A stretch of 43,188 bases of DNA from an uncultured Prevotella sp. (GTDB taxonomy: Bacteria; Bacteroidota; Bacteroidia; Bacteroidales; Bacteroidaceae), in assembly GCA_964507005.1 (NCBI GenBank), contig CAZDOH010000003.1:1-43188 (forward strand). Reading direction: 5' to 3'. Below, piece by piece: positions 27,347 through 37,440 of this stretch. A model generated the notes under the pieces. The model was not told the DNA's origin. It saw only the letters and a list, made by a program, of their open reading frames with translations, and did no database searches. The translations under genes and the position numbers were made by a program. Every line of letters begins with the position of its first letter. Position 1 is the stretch's first letter.

Positions 27347-28048
27347 ATGACATTCAAAATGAAAAAGATATTAAGTTTGTTCGCAATTGCCGCGTTGGTG
27401 CTTGGGGGATTCTCTTCCTGCGACTACGATGGCAGCGACGATACGTATGTCACCCACTACGTTTCCTTCGACCTCACCGGAGGCAGCACTTATCTCGTGC
27501 CTGTTGGCTCCAAATATGTTGACCCGGGTTACACCGCTATGGAAGGCACCGAAGACGTTACTTCGAAGGTGGTAGTTTCGGGAGATGTTGACGCATCGAA
27601 GGTAGGTATATATTATGTCAACTACGCAGCGTCGAACAAGGACGGCTTCTCGGCTTCAGTTGACCGCCAGGTGCTGGTTTATGACCCTGAAGTTTCAACC
27701 GACATTACCGGTACTTACAAGATTATAAATACCGACGGCTCGGGAAGAGTGTTCAACAACTATCCTGTAACCGGCAACTCTGTAACACTCACCGAGCTTG
27801 CTCCCGGTCTCTATTCCATCAGCGACTATTGGGGCGGACTCTACGACGTGACTATAGGCTATGGCTCGGGATACCGTTGCACGGGCTATTTCCAGCTGAA
27901 TGCGGACAATACCATTACCGGCATCTCCGCTTCCAATCCCTGGAGCTTGCCTATGACGAGCGCTTCCGGTTCTTACGACGAGGCTACCGGCAAGGTTACC
28001 ATCGATTCCTATATCAATTACCACCTTGTAATGGTTTTGCAGAAATAA
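27347..28048 (+). CDS. Surface lipoprotein with an Ig-like (DUF5011/BT_2262-like) domain
   Basis: Lipobox GFSSCD. The segment TSKVVVSGDVDASKVGIYYVNYAASNKDGFSASVDRQVLVYDP resembles DUF5011-type Ig domains. Positioned as the third gene after SusCD. Confidence 0.55.
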   Translation: MTFKMKKILSLFAIAALVLGGFSSCDYDGSDDTYVTHYVSFDLTGGSTYLVPVGSKYVDPGYTAMEGTEDVTSKVVVSGDVDASKVGIYYVNYAASNKDGFSASVDRQVLVYDPEVSTDITGTYKIINTDGSGRVFNNYPVTGNSVTLTELAPGLYSISDYWGGLYDVTIGYGSGYRCTGYFQLNADNTITGISASNPWSLPMTSASGSYDEATGKVTIDSYINYHLVMVLQK

Positions 28049-28072
28049 TTTAACTTAAACTGAATTGCAATC

Positions 28073-28627
28073 ATGAAGAAATATCTTTATTTGATAGTTG
28101 CAGCTTTGCTGATGGGCTTCACCACTTCGTGTGACAGCGACCCCAGCGACAGCAGCACAAATGCAGGCGGCACGGCGGTTAAGAAGATGTGCGGCGAATG
28201 GGTAGCCAACGTCTACTACTGCGAGTCGGCCAGCAGTGATATCTCCAATATTGAAAACTGGGAGTGGGAGGATCTCGGTTCTTTCCATCTCTTAACCTAC
28301 AACACCGCAGCCAACAAGGCAAATGAAATGTGGGTTGACGACCAGGGCAATTGCTATTTGGGCGATTCCGACGACTATTCCCACAAGATTAAGGTCAATG
28401 TGCAGTATGGCAGCAAGACTTTCTCGGTTACCGATGCAGCCAACGAATATGGTGAGAACGCCACAGTAGTTGGAGGCAAGGTGATGCTTGACGCAGCTTC
28501 CATCGACATGGGCCGCGGACAGTTTGCCAAGGCCGACAGCATAGTTTACTATGTGAACGTCAACGGCGCTGGGTCGGGTTACCTTAAGGTTTCGGGCTAC
28601 CGTTACAATTTCGAAGACCTCGAATAG
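28073..28627 (+). CDS. Small surface lipoprotein, possibly BT_2261-like (lipid-binding-fold family)
   Basis: Lipobox GFTTSCDSD, 184 aa. It is the fourth gene of the SusCD locus and is followed by a strong terminator. Family assignment is from memory only. Confidence 0.45.
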   Translation: MKKYLYLIVAALLMGFTTSCDSDPSDSSTNAGGTAVKKMCGEWVANVYYCESASSDISNIENWEWEDLGSFHLLTYNTAANKANEMWVDDQGNCYLGDSDDYSHKIKVNVQYGSKTFSVTDAANEYGENATVVGGKVMLDAASIDMGRGQFAKADSIVYYVNVNGAGSGYLKVSGYRYNFEDLE

Positions 28628-28653
28628 TACAACTATAGGTAAAATCTCAAAAG

Positions 28654-28687
28654 GGTGTGCCGGATGCGTTCCGGTACACCTTTTTTT
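28654..28687 (+). terminator. Rho-independent terminator of the SusCD locus
   Basis: ggtgtgccgga-tgcgt-tccggtacacc 11-bp stem followed by T7. Confidence 0.85.
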
Positions 28688-28724
28688 GCGGCTTCGCGGC
28701 CCGAATCGAAAACGCAGTCCGGCG

Positions 28725-28898
28725 GCGGAAAGCTGCATTGCGCATTGCGTGAAAATTCTCTGCGTAGAGCGCAAAAATTATCTGCGCACAAAAGAAAAAT
28801 TTTGTGCGCACAGCGTGAAAATTCTTACCGCATATAATTTTTATTTTTGCGGTCAAAAGTAAAATTGTTTGCGCATAGCGTGTTTTCGCTGCGTATTA
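28725..28898. repeat. Tandem array of 8 degenerate 21-22-bp repeats (consensus about GCGTGAAAATTCTCTGCGCAnA)
   Basis: Units parsed by eye: 28725-46, 28747-68, 28769-90, 28791-812, 28813-34, 28835-56, 28857-77 and 28878-98. Each has an A-tract plus a TGCGCA-like palindromic core. tgcgcacaaaa(28783-93)/ttttgtgcgca(28800-10) forms an 11-bp palindrome. Confidence 0.8.
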
Positions 28899-29033
28899 GC
28901 GTCGCCTTGCGCTCCCGTTTATTCTCCACTTTTGGCCGGTTGCCGTTATTTTGCGCTTATACATCTGTGTTATAATGCGTTTGCGATATTTTTTTAAGGC
29001 TATGGTTGAATTTTATTTTAAGAAAACAACCTC

Positions 29034-29060
29034 AAAGTGGAGTAAAGTGGAGGAAAGTTG
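29034..29060 (+). promoter_or_regulatory. Probable MraZ operator: three direct AAAGTGG/AAAGTTG repeats with 10-bp phasing
   Basis: AAAGTGG at 29034-40, AAAGTGG at 29044-50 and AAAGTTG at 29054-60. They directly abut the -7 box at 29062-69. An inverted copy ccacttt lies at 28926-32. Confidence 0.6.
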
Positions 29061-29061
29061 G

Positions 29062-29069
29062 TAACTTTG
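29062..29069 (+). promoter_or_regulatory. Bacteroidota -7 promoter box TAACTTTG (Pmra)
   Basis: Exact TAnnTTTG, 54 nt upstream of the mraZ ATG. Confidence 0.6.
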
Positions 29070-29122
29070 GCAGATTAAAATAGGAATATTGTCGACGTGT
29101 CACACTGAAACCGATTGGTAAC

Positions 29123-29572
29123 ATGCGTTTTACAGGAACAACAGAAGCCAAAGCCGATGCCAAGGGACGGGTGTTTTTCCCCGCTGCTTTCCGCAAGATA
29201 CTTGCTGCAGCCGGAGAGGAGCAGCTTGTGCTTGCCCGCGACGCCTTCCAGCCGTGCCTTGTGCTCTATCCGTGGAGCGTATGGAACGCACGCCTCGATG
29301 AATTCCGCGCCGGCCTCAACATGTGGAACGCACGCCATCGCAGCTTGCTGCGCCAGTTTGTGCGCGATGTGGAGACGGTGGTTCCCGAAAGCAACGGCCG
29401 GTTTCTGATACCGAAGCGCTATGCGCAGATGGCCTGCATTAAGCAGGACGTGGTTTTTCTCGGCATCGACGATACTGTTGAAATCTGGTCGCCCGACCTG
29501 CTGCAGCAGCAGAGCATGGATGCCGGCGAGTTTGCTAGGGAAATAGAAAATGTAATGGGCCGGACGGAATGA
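29123..29572 (+). CDS. mraZ: Transcriptional regulator MraZ
   Basis: 149 aa with two SpoVT/AbrB-like halves (DAKGRVFFPAAFRK and ESNGRFLIPKRY). Confidence 0.93.
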   Translation: MRFTGTTEAKADAKGRVFFPAAFRKILAAAGEEQLVLARDAFQPCLVLYPWSVWNARLDEFRAGLNMWNARHRSLLRQFVRDVETVVPESNGRFLIPKRYAQMACIKQDVVFLGIDDTVEIWSPDLLQQQSMDAGEFAREIENVMGRTE

Positions 29573-30480
29573 GCGCAGACAACCTAACATACCACGTTCC
29601 CGTGATGCTCCGCGAGAGTGTCGACGCCATGAACATCGGCAACGGTGTTTATGCCGACATGACTTTCGGCGGCGGCGGCCATTCGCGCGAAATGCTTGCC
29701 CGCATGGGGGCGCAGGCGCGCCTTTTCGGGTTCGACCAGGATACCGACACTCTGGCCAATGTGCCCGACGACGCGAGGTTTACCTTTGTGCTCTCGAATT
29801 TCAGGTATCTGCGCAACTGGATGAACTACTACGGCATTGAGGCCGTTGACGGCATAATGGCCGACCTGGGCGTTTCGAGTCATCATTTCGATGCCGCCGA
29901 GCGCGGATTCACTTTCCGCAGCGACGCACCGCTCGACATGCGCATGAACCGCACTGCAAAACTCACCGCGGCCGACTTTCTCAATACGGCCGACGAAGAG
30001 CGCATTGCCGCCGTGCTGCGCAACTATGGCGAACTGCGCAACGCGCGCCGCATGGCTGCGGCTATAGTAAAGCGCCGCGCTGCGCGGCCTTTGGCCACAA
30101 CCGCGCAGTTTGTCGAGACTATCGAACCGTTTGTGGGGCGCGACAAGGAGAAGCGCGAACTGGCGTGCGCATTCCAGGCACTGCGCATTGAGATAAACGA
30201 CGAAATGGGCGCACTGCGCGAAATGCTGGCGTCGGCGATATCGCTGCTCGCCAAAGGCGGACGGCTCGTGGTGCTTACATACCATTCGCTCGAAGACCGC
30301 ATGGTGAAGAACTTCCTTAAGAGCGGAAATGCCGAAGGGAAGGTGGAACAGGATTTCTTCGGCAACCGCATGGTGCCGCTGCGCGCTGTCAACAGCCATG
30401 TCATCGTTCCGTCGCCCGAAGAAATAGAGCGCAACCCGCGCAGCCGCAGCGCAAAACTGCGCGTAGCCGAAAAGGTATAG
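29569..30480 (+). CDS. rsmH: 16S rRNA (cytosine1402-N4)-methyltransferase
   Basis: Contains HVPVML, DMTFGGGGHS, DLGVSSHHFD, LVVLTYHSLEDR and NPRSRSAKLR. Confidence 0.93.
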   Translation: MSADNLTYHVPVMLRESVDAMNIGNGVYADMTFGGGGHSREMLARMGAQARLFGFDQDTDTLANVPDDARFTFVLSNFRYLRNWMNYYGIEAVDGIMADLGVSSHHFDAAERGFTFRSDAPLDMRMNRTAKLTAADFLNTADEERIAAVLRNYGELRNARRMAAAIVKRRAARPLATTAQFVETIEPFVGRDKEKRELACAFQALRIEINDEMGALREMLASAISLLAKGGRLVVLTYHSLEDRMVKNFLKSGNAEGKVEQDFFGNRMVPLRAVNSHVIVPSPEEIERNPRSRSAKLRVAEKV

Positions 30481-30521
30481 CCCCGGCTGCACGAACTACT
30501 ACACCACAAAACTATTGTATA

Positions 30522-30962
30522 ATGGCCGACAAATCCGACAAACACGATAACGAGGACACCCTTTCGGGCATCACAACCCGGAAAGGCAAGGCGGCTGTGC
30601 CCGAAGACGGCAAGGCCGAAGCCCGGCAGAAGGCGCGCAAGGCTAACTTTACGCGTTACATGTTCGGCGACTTCATCTCGATAGACACCTTGCGGCGCAA
30701 TATCGGGTTCATCGTGATCGTGGTGGTGTGCATGCTGATTTACATCGGCAACGGATATTCCAGCCAGCAGGAAATGATTGAGCTCAACCGGCTGAAAGAC
30801 GAGGTTGAGAATGCAAAATACAATGCCCTGACCTATTCGAGCGAACTGCTCGAAAAGAGCCGCCAGAGCCACATCGAGGAATATCTCAAGCGCAAGGGCG
30901 ACAGCACCCTGCAGATGCCAACCACGCAGCCGTTTGTCATTAAAGTGGACACAACCGAATGA
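30522..30962 (+). CDS. ftsL: FtsL-like cell-division protein
   Basis: 146 aa. Basic N-terminal tail, a single TM (IGFIVIVVVCMLIYIG) and a coiled coil. Lies between rsmH and ftsI. Confidence 0.65.
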   Translation: MADKSDKHDNEDTLSGITTRKGKAAVPEDGKAEARQKARKANFTRYMFGDFISIDTLRRNIGFIVIVVVCMLIYIGNGYSSQQEMIELNRLKDEVENAKYNALTYSSELLEKSRQSHIEEYLKRKGDSTLQMPTTQPFVIKVDTTE

Positions 30963-33253
30963 AAAGCAACAAGTTTCCCGAAAAGAAAGTCATGACCCGC
31001 TACTTTATATTCGCGGCGATAATATGCCTTGTGGGTATAGGCATAGTGGGGAAAGTTGCGTATATAATGTTTGTGGAGCGCGATTTCTGGACGCAGGTTA
31101 GCCGCCAGTTCGTTAAGCGCAATGTGGAGATAAGGCCGGTGAGGGGAAGCATTTATTCCGCCGACGGGCAGATTCTTGCTTCGTCAATTCCCGAATACAA
31201 GATTTTCATGGACTATATGGTGGTGGAGAAAGACTCTGTACGCCGCGTCAAGGAGCAACACCGCCGCGACTCGGTGCTTGAAGCCAATGTCGACTCCATG
31301 AGCCTCGGCCTTCACGCCATTTTCCCCGACAAGACAGTGGAGCAGTTCAGGCAGACACTTCTCGAAGGCCGCAAAAAGGAAAGCCGCAACTGGCCGATAT
31401 ACAAAAAGCGCATCACCTATCTTCAGTATCAGCAGGTGCGCAAGCTGCCCGTTTTCCGCTTGCCTTCGTATAGGGGCGGTTTCCATGCCGAAACCATCGA
31501 GCAGCGCGCCAATCCGTTCGGTTCGCTGGCCATGCGCACCGTGGGCACACTCTATGCCGGCAAGGACTCGGCCCGCTTCGGCCTGGAACTGGCGTTCGAC
31601 AGCGTGCTGCGCGGAAAGTCGGGACTGTCGCACCGGCAGAAAGTGCTGCGCAAGTACATCAGCATCATCGACCGCCCGCAGGAAGACGGTTGCGACATAA
31701 TTACCACCATCGACGTAAACATGCAGGACCTTGCCGAAAAGGCCCTTGTCGACCAGTTGCGGCAGATAGAGGCGCCCAAAGGCACTGCCGTGCTTATGGA
31801 AGTGAAGACGGGCGATGTAAAGGCCATTGTCAATATGGAGCGCAGCGGCGACGGCTCATACCGCGAAACCAAGAACTTCGCTGTCAGCAACCTGCTTGAG
31901 CCCGGCTCGGTATTCAAGACGGCATCGTTCATGGTGGCGTTCGACGACGGATATCTGCATCCCGGCGACATGGTGAATACCGGTTGCGGAAGGGTAAACA
32001 TGCACGGGCGCGACATGAAGGACGCTTCGTGGAATACGCGCGGCGGATATGGCGAAATAACGGCTGCCGAATGCATAAAGCACTCTTCCAACGTGGGCGT
32101 GAGCATGCTCATTGACAAATACTATTACAACCAGCCCGAAAAGTTCGTCGACGGCCTTTACCGCATAGGGCTTGCCGAGCCTTATGACATAGACATCCCC
32201 GGAGCTGCCCGGGCCAACATACGCCGCCCAAAGAAAGACGGCAGCAATTGGTCGAAAACGGCGCTTGCATGGATGAGCATCGGCTACGAAACGCAGATAC
32301 CGCCCATACGCACGCTCGCGTTCTACAACGGCATAGCCAACGGCGGCCGGATGCTCTGCCCAAGGTTCGTGAGAGCCAAGCGGCGCAACGGCGAGATTGT
32401 GGAGGAGTATCCCGTTAAGGTGGTGCGCGAACGCATGTGCTCGCCTACGGCACTTAAGGACGTGCAGTATTGCCTGAGTCTGGTAACCCAGCCCAAGGGT
32501 TCCGGCCACAAGGCTGCGTCGAAATATTTCCCCGTGTCGGGCAAGACGGGTACGGCACAGATATGGACCAAAAACGGGCGTACTACCAGCTACCTTGTAA
32601 GTTTCGTCGGGTACTTCCCGGCCAACGCCCCGAAGTACACTTGCATCGTGTGCATACAGAAACCGTATCCCGCTTCGGGCGGAGGGCATTGCGGCCCTGT
32701 GTTCCGCCGCATTGCCGAAGGGGTGATGGCACGCGAGAAGAACAACGACATTTCAAAGGCCAACGACACGGTGCGCACAAAACTGCCGTTCGTCCACAAC
32801 GGCGACATGTCGGCCGCAAGGAATGTGCTGAGCGAACTGCATATCCCGTACTCGTCAAGTGACCTCGGTTCCAAGACTTGGGGGAAAGTCTTCGGCGATT
32901 CGGCGCATATAGTGCTTTCGGGCACAAAATACGGCAAACTAGTTCCCGACCTTAAAGACATGGGACTGCGCGATGCGCTTTTCCTGCTCGAAAGCATGGG
33001 GATGAAGGTTTCTGTGACCGGAAAGGGAAAGGTTGTGGAGCAAAGCGCAGCACCCGGAACCCCCGTGAAGAAGGGAATGCTCGTGCGTCTGAAGCTGATG
33101 ACCGACGGCGAAATGCGCAAGCAGAAAAACAAGGCGGCCGTACCTGTCGTTCAGGAGAATCCCGCCCAAACCGACACGGTTGCCAATAAAAACAAAACGG
33201 CAGACAGCGGCAACGTTGCCGCAAAGCCGCCTGTGAAAAAGAAAGAACAGTAA
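30959..33253 (+). CDS. ftsI: Penicillin-binding protein 3 (class B transpeptidase) with a C-terminal PASTA domain
   Basis: Contains the SVFK (SxxK), SSN and KTGT motifs. PASTA-like segment [39 protein letters not shown]. Confidence 0.9.
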   Translation: MKSNKFPEKKVMTRYFIFAAIICLVGIGIVGKVAYIMFVERDFWTQVSRQFVKRNVEIRPVRGSIYSADGQILASSIPEYKIFMDYMVVEKDSVRRVKEQHRRDSVLEANVDSMSLGLHAIFPDKTVEQFRQTLLEGRKKESRNWPIYKKRITYLQYQQVRKLPVFRLPSYRGGFHAETIEQRANPFGSLAMRTVGTLYAGKDSARFGLELAFDSVLRGKSGLSHRQKVLRKYISIIDRPQEDGCDIITTIDVNMQDLAEKALVDQLRQIEAPKGTAVLMEVKTGDVKAIVNMERSGDGSYRETKNFAVSNLLEPGSVFKTASFMVAFDDGYLHPGDMVNTGCGRVNMHGRDMKDASWNTRGGYGEITAAECIKHSSNVGVSMLIDKYYYNQPEKFVDGLYRIGLAEPYDIDIPGAARANIRRPKKDGSNWSKTALAWMSIGYETQIPPIRTLAFYNGIANGGRMLCPRFVRAKRRNGEIVEEYPVKVVRERMCSPTALKDVQYCLSLVTQPKGSGHKAASKYFPVSGKTGTAQIWTKNGRTTSYLVSFVGYFPANAPKYTCIVCIQKPYPASGGGHCGPVFRRIAEGVMAREKNNDISKANDTVRTKLPFVHNGDMSAARNVLSELHIPYSSSDLGSKTWGKVFGDSAHIVLSGTKYGKLVPDLKDMGLRDALFLLESMGMKVSVTGKGKVVEQSAAPGTPVKKGMLVRLKLMTDGEMRKQKNKAAVPVVQENPAQTDTVANKNKTADSGNVAAKPPVKKKEQ

Positions 33254-33267
33254 AAAGACAATACGAT

Positions 33268-34737
33268 ATGAAACTGCAAGATGTATTGCTCAAGGTGAAG
33301 CCTGTGGAAATAACGGGCAGCACGGATGTTGAGATTTCCGACGTACAGATTGATTCGCGGCAGGTAAAGCCCGGCTGCCTTTTCATCGCCGAGCGGGGAA
33401 CCCAGGTTGACGGGCACCGCTTCATTCCCGCGGCTGTCAGCAACGGGGCTGTTGCCGTGGTGTGCGAAACGCTTCCCGACGAATGCCCGGCTGGAGTTAC
33501 TTTCGTGAAAGTGAAAAGCAGTGAAGATGTGGCGGGGAAAGTTTGCACCCAGTTCTACGGCGACCCTACTTCGAAGCTCAAGCTTGTGGGCGTGACGGGA
33601 ACCAACGGAAAAACCACCGTGGCCACTCTTCTCTACAAGATGTTCCGCGAGTTCGGCTTCAAATGCGGGCTGTGCTCCACCGTGTGCAACTATATCGACG
33701 ACAAGGCCGTTCCGGCTGACCATACCACTCCCGACCCGGTGACGCTTAACCGTCTGCTTTCCGAAATGGTTGACAACGGATGCCAATACGCCTTTATGGA
33801 ATGCAGCAGCCACAGCATAGCCCAGAAACGCATAGGCGGACTGACCTTCGCCGGCGGCATATTCACCAATCTCACCCGCGACCACCTCGACTATCACAAG
33901 ACTTTCGAAAACTACCGCGATGCGAAGAAGGCGTTTTTCGACAGCCTCGGCAAAAAGGCTTTCGCGGTGACCAATGCCGACGACAAGAACGGACTGGTGA
34001 TGGTGCAGAACACTTCTGCAAATATCAAGACGTATTCGGTGCGCAGCATGGCCGATTTCCGTGCCAGAATTCTCGAAATGTCGTTCGAAGGAATGCTTCT
34101 CGATATTGACGGCCGCGAAACAAGCGTTTCGTTTGTAGGAAAATTCAATGTCTCGAACCTGCTGGCTGTTTACGGTGCGGCACGAATGCTCGGGCGCGAA
34201 CCGGTGGAGATACTTACGGTGCTGAGCAAGCTGCACAGTGTGTCGGGGCGCTTCGAGACTTTCCGCTCGCCGTCGGGCTATACCGCGATTGTAGACTATG
34301 CCCATACTCCCGATGCGCTGGTAAATGTGCTCGGCGCCATACACGAAGTGCTCAAGGAAAGCCACAGCCAGTCGAGCCAGGTCATAACGGTGTGCGGAGC
34401 CGGCGGTAACCGCGACAAGGGCAAGCGTCCTCTTATGGCGCACGAGGCTGCGGCGCATAGCAGCCGCGTGGTGATTACAAGCGACAATCCCCGCTTCGAG
34501 GAACCGCAGGCCATTATCGACGACATGCTTGCCGGCCTTACTCCGGCACAGAAGAAAAAGACGCTGGCAATAGCCGACCGCCGCGAAGCCATTCGCACGG
34601 CATGCATGCTCGCACAAAAAGGCGACGTGATACTGATTGCCGGCAAGGGCCACGAAGACTATCAGGAAATAAAAGGCGTGAAACACCATTTCGACGACCG
34701 CGAAGAGGTGAAGAAAATATTTGCCGGCGAGGCTTAG
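33268..34737 (+). CDS. murE: UDP-N-acetylmuramoyl-L-alanyl-D-glutamate--2,6-diaminopimelate ligase
   Basis: Contains [13 protein letters not shown] and the DNPR motif ([11 protein letters not shown]). Confidence 0.93.
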   Translation: MKLQDVLLKVKPVEITGSTDVEISDVQIDSRQVKPGCLFIAERGTQVDGHRFIPAAVSNGAVAVVCETLPDECPAGVTFVKVKSSEDVAGKVCTQFYGDPTSKLKLVGVTGTNGKTTVATLLYKMFREFGFKCGLCSTVCNYIDDKAVPADHTTPDPVTLNRLLSEMVDNGCQYAFMECSSHSIAQKRIGGLTFAGGIFTNLTRDHLDYHKTFENYRDAKKAFFDSLGKKAFAVTNADDKNGLVMVQNTSANIKTYSVRSMADFRARILEMSFEGMLLDIDGRETSVSFVGKFNVSNLLAVYGAARMLGREPVEILTVLSKLHSVSGRFETFRSPSGYTAIVDYAHTPDALVNVLGAIHEVLKESHSQSSQVITVCGAGGNRDKGKRPLMAHEAAAHSSRVVITSDNPRFEEPQAIIDDMLAGLTPAQKKKTLAIADRREAIRTACMLAQKGDVILIAGKGHEDYQEIKGVKHHFDDREEVKKIFAGEA

Positions 34738-34765
34738 AACAACTTTAACGACAAACAAGTAATAT

Positions 34766-36040
34766 ATGCTATACTATCTGTTCAGATTCCTTGACGAATT
34801 CGGCGTGCCGGGAGCGGGAATGTGGAGCTACATTTCTTTCCGCTCGTTGTTGGCTTTCATGCTGGCCCTAGTGGTGTCGGCATGGTTCGGGCAGCATTTC
34901 ATTTCCTATATGCGCCGTAAAAACATAAGCGAGACACAGCGCGATGCTAGTATCGACCCGTTCGGAGTAACAAAACAGGGAGTGCCGTCGATGGGGGGAA
35001 TAATAATCATCGCGTCCATTCTCGTGCCTTGCCTGCTGCTGGGAAGGCTCAGGAATATCTACATGCTTTTGATGCTTCTGACTACGGTGTGGTTCGGCCT
35101 TCTTGGCTTTGCCGATGACTACATCAAGATTTTCCGGCACAACAAGGACGGACTTCATCCCAAAGTGAAAATACTGGGGCAAGTGGCCTTGGGACTTATA
35201 GTGGGGCTTACCCTTTACCTTAGCCCCGATGCCGTAATCCGCGAGAATATCAATATGCAGCGCACGTCGAACAACACCGAGGTAGTGGTGCATAAAAGCA
35301 AGCCGGTGAAATCGACGATTACCACAATACCGTTTTTCAAGAACAACAACTTGAGCTATACCGATATCATGTCGTTTTGCGGCAAATACAAGAATGCTGC
35401 CGGATGGGTGCTTTTCGTGATAATAACGGTGCTTGTCATTACCGCAGTGTCGAACGGTGCCAACCTTAACGACGGCATGGACGGAATGGCGGCGGGCAAT
35501 TCTGCAATCATAGGCATTGCGCTCGGGCTTTTGGCATACGTGTCGAGCCACATACAGTTCGCCTCCTACTTGAATATAATGTATGTGCCGGGGTCGCAGG
35601 AACTCGTGATTTTCGCATCGGCATTCGTCGGCGCCCTGATAGGCTTCCTGTGGTACAATTCCTACCCGGCGCAGATATTTATGGGCGATACCGGAAGTCT
35701 TACTATCGGGGGGATAATTGGCGTATTCGCAATCATCATACACAAGGAACTGTTGCTTCCGCTGCTGTGTGGAGTGTTCTTGGTGGAGAGCCTGAGCGTT
35801 ATTCTGCAGGTTGAGTACTTCAAGGCAGGCAAACGCCGCGGAGTGAAACAGCGCCTTTTCAAGCGCACGCCTATTCACGACAATTTCCGCGTGCTTCCCT
35901 CGCAGCTCGATGCCGAATGCAAGTATTTGTTCCGGAACTGGCCAAAGACCCCATGCCATGAGAGCAAAATCACGGTAAGGTTCTGGATTGCCACAATTCT
36001 GCTTGCGGCATTGACGATCATTACATTGAAAATTAGATAA
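34766..36040 (+). CDS. mraY: Phospho-N-acetylmuramoyl-pentapeptide transferase
   Basis: Polytopic membrane protein. Contains GFADDYIKI, NLNDGMDGMA, FMGDTGS and PIHDNF. Confidence 0.93.
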   Translation: MLYYLFRFLDEFGVPGAGMWSYISFRSLLAFMLALVVSAWFGQHFISYMRRKNISETQRDASIDPFGVTKQGVPSMGGIIIIASILVPCLLLGRLRNIYMLLMLLTTVWFGLLGFADDYIKIFRHNKDGLHPKVKILGQVALGLIVGLTLYLSPDAVIRENINMQRTSNNTEVVVHKSKPVKSTITTIPFFKNNNLSYTDIMSFCGKYKNAAGWVLFVIITVLVITAVSNGANLNDGMDGMAAGNSAIIGIALGLLAYVSSHIQFASYLNIMYVPGSQELVIFASAFVGALIGFLWYNSYPAQIFMGDTGSLTIGGIIGVFAIIIHKELLLPLLCGVFLVESLSVILQVEYFKAGKRRGVKQRLFKRTPIHDNFRVLPSQLDAECKYLFRNWPKTPCHESKITVRFWIATILLAALTIITLKIR

Positions 36041-36065
36041 ACTGTCCGCGAAAAATTAATACAAG

Positions 36066-37406
36066 ATGGCTGAAAAGAAATTGATGTCCGTGTTGGGCGC
36101 TGCTGAGAGCGGTGTCGGTGCTGCCGTATTGGCAAAGAAAAAGGGATATGACGTTTATGTTTCCGATGCCGGAACCATCAAACCCAAATACAAGGAGATG
36201 CTGGAACACTACGGCTTGAAATACGACGAAGGAATGCACAACGAAGAAATCGTGCTCTCGTCAGACGAAGTGGTGAAAAGCCCAGGAATCCCCAACGATG
36301 CCCCGATAGTGAAGAAGATAGAGGCCAAAGGAATAGGCATAATATCCGAAATAGAACTTGCCGGCCGTTATACCGATGCAAAGATGATTTGCATCACCGG
36401 CAGCAACGGCAAGACCACCACAACTTCGCTCACATACCACATTCTGAAGGCGGCCGGCCTTAACGTCGGGCTTGCTGGCAATATCGGGCGCAGTCTCGCG
36501 CTTCAGGTGGCAGAGGAAAATTTCGACTACTACGTAATAGAACTGTCGTCGTTCCAGCTCGACAATATGTACGATTTCCGTGCAAATGTGGCAGTATTGC
36601 TCAATATTACGCCTGACCATCTTGACCGTTACGGATATAATTTCCAGAACTACGTCGACTCGAAGATGCGCGTGATACGCAACCAGACCGAAGACGATGC
36701 TTTTGTGTACTGGATGGATTCGCCTGTTGTTGCCAAGGAACTCAAGAAATACGGCATCAAGAGCCGCATGTGTCCATTCTCGGCAATAAAGAAGGATGGG
36801 GCAGTGGCTTATGCCGACAAGGGAGAATACGTGATTGAGCAGCCAATGCCTTTCAATATGGAGCTGGAATCGCTTTCGCTTACCGGCCGGCACAATCTTT
36901 ACAATTCGCTTGCTGCCGGGATAACAGCCAAACTGGCTGGCGTCAGCGATGAAGTGCTGCGTCGCAGCCTTTCCGATTTCCCCGGTGTTGAGCACCGCCT
37001 GGAGAAGGTGGCTAAGGTGCGCGGTGTGCAGTATGTAAACGATTCGAAAGCTACCAATGTAGACGCCTGCTGGTATGCCCTTGAAAGCATGAAAACTCCC
37101 GTGGTTCTCATTCTTGGTGGCAAGGACAAGGGCAACGACTATACTCCCATAAAGGAAATGGTGAAATCGAAATGCCGTGCGCTGGTGTATCTCGGGGCCG
37201 ACAATGCAAAGCTCCACAAGGAATTCGACAGTCTGGGGGTGCCTTTCGCCGATACCCACGATATGAATACGTGTGTGGCCGAATGCTACAAGTTCGCCCA
37301 GCCCGGCGATACGGTGCTGCTGAGCCCCTGCTGTGCAAGTTTCGACCTGTTCCACAATATGGAAGAGCGCGGCGAACTGTTCAAGCAGGCTGTCAAGGCC
37401 CTTTAG
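36066..37406 (+). CDS. murD: UDP-N-acetylmuramoylalanine--D-glutamate ligase
   Basis: Contains ITGSNGKTTTT, LSSFQL, GVEHRLE and DSKATN. Confidence 0.92.
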   Translation: MAEKKLMSVLGAAESGVGAAVLAKKKGYDVYVSDAGTIKPKYKEMLEHYGLKYDEGMHNEEIVLSSDEVVKSPGIPNDAPIVKKIEAKGIGIISEIELAGRYTDAKMICITGSNGKTTTTSLTYHILKAAGLNVGLAGNIGRSLALQVAEENFDYYVIELSSFQLDNMYDFRANVAVLLNITPDHLDRYGYNFQNYVDSKMRVIRNQTEDDAFVYWMDSPVVAKELKKYGIKSRMCPFSAIKKDGAVAYADKGEYVIEQPMPFNMELESLSLTGRHNLYNSLAAGITAKLAGVSDEVLRRSLSDFPGVEHRLEKVAKVRGVQYVNDSKATNVDACWYALESMKTPVVLILGGKDKGNDYTPIKEMVKSKCRALVYLGADNAKLHKEFDSLGVPFADTHDMNTCVAECYKFAQPGDTVLLSPCCASFDLFHNMEERGELFKQAVKAL

Positions 37407-37440
37407 CCTTTGCAAGTAACCACTAAAGTCAAGTGATAAT

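Noticed and set aside
28647-28856. 69-aa (minus) and 60-aa (plus) ORFs, and the 112-aa ORF at 41862..42200, which share similar peptides (FCAQIIFALYAENFHA versus FYAQIIFTLCAHNFSF)
   Set aside because: The peptide similarity follows from the shared 22-bp DNA repeat family. The ORFs run through tandem non-coding repeats and terminator hairpins and lack promoter context.
28725-28898. The tandem 22-bp repeat array considered as a CRISPR array
   Set aside because: The units abut each other with no unique spacers, the repeats are degenerate, and there are no cas genes in the window.
33151-34758. 535-aa minus-strand ORF antisense to murE. The same pattern applies to 34868..35959 (antisense to mraY) and 36261..37511 (antisense to murD).
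   Set aside because: These are shadow frames of strongly supported dcw genes. They show no motifs, promoter or RBS context.
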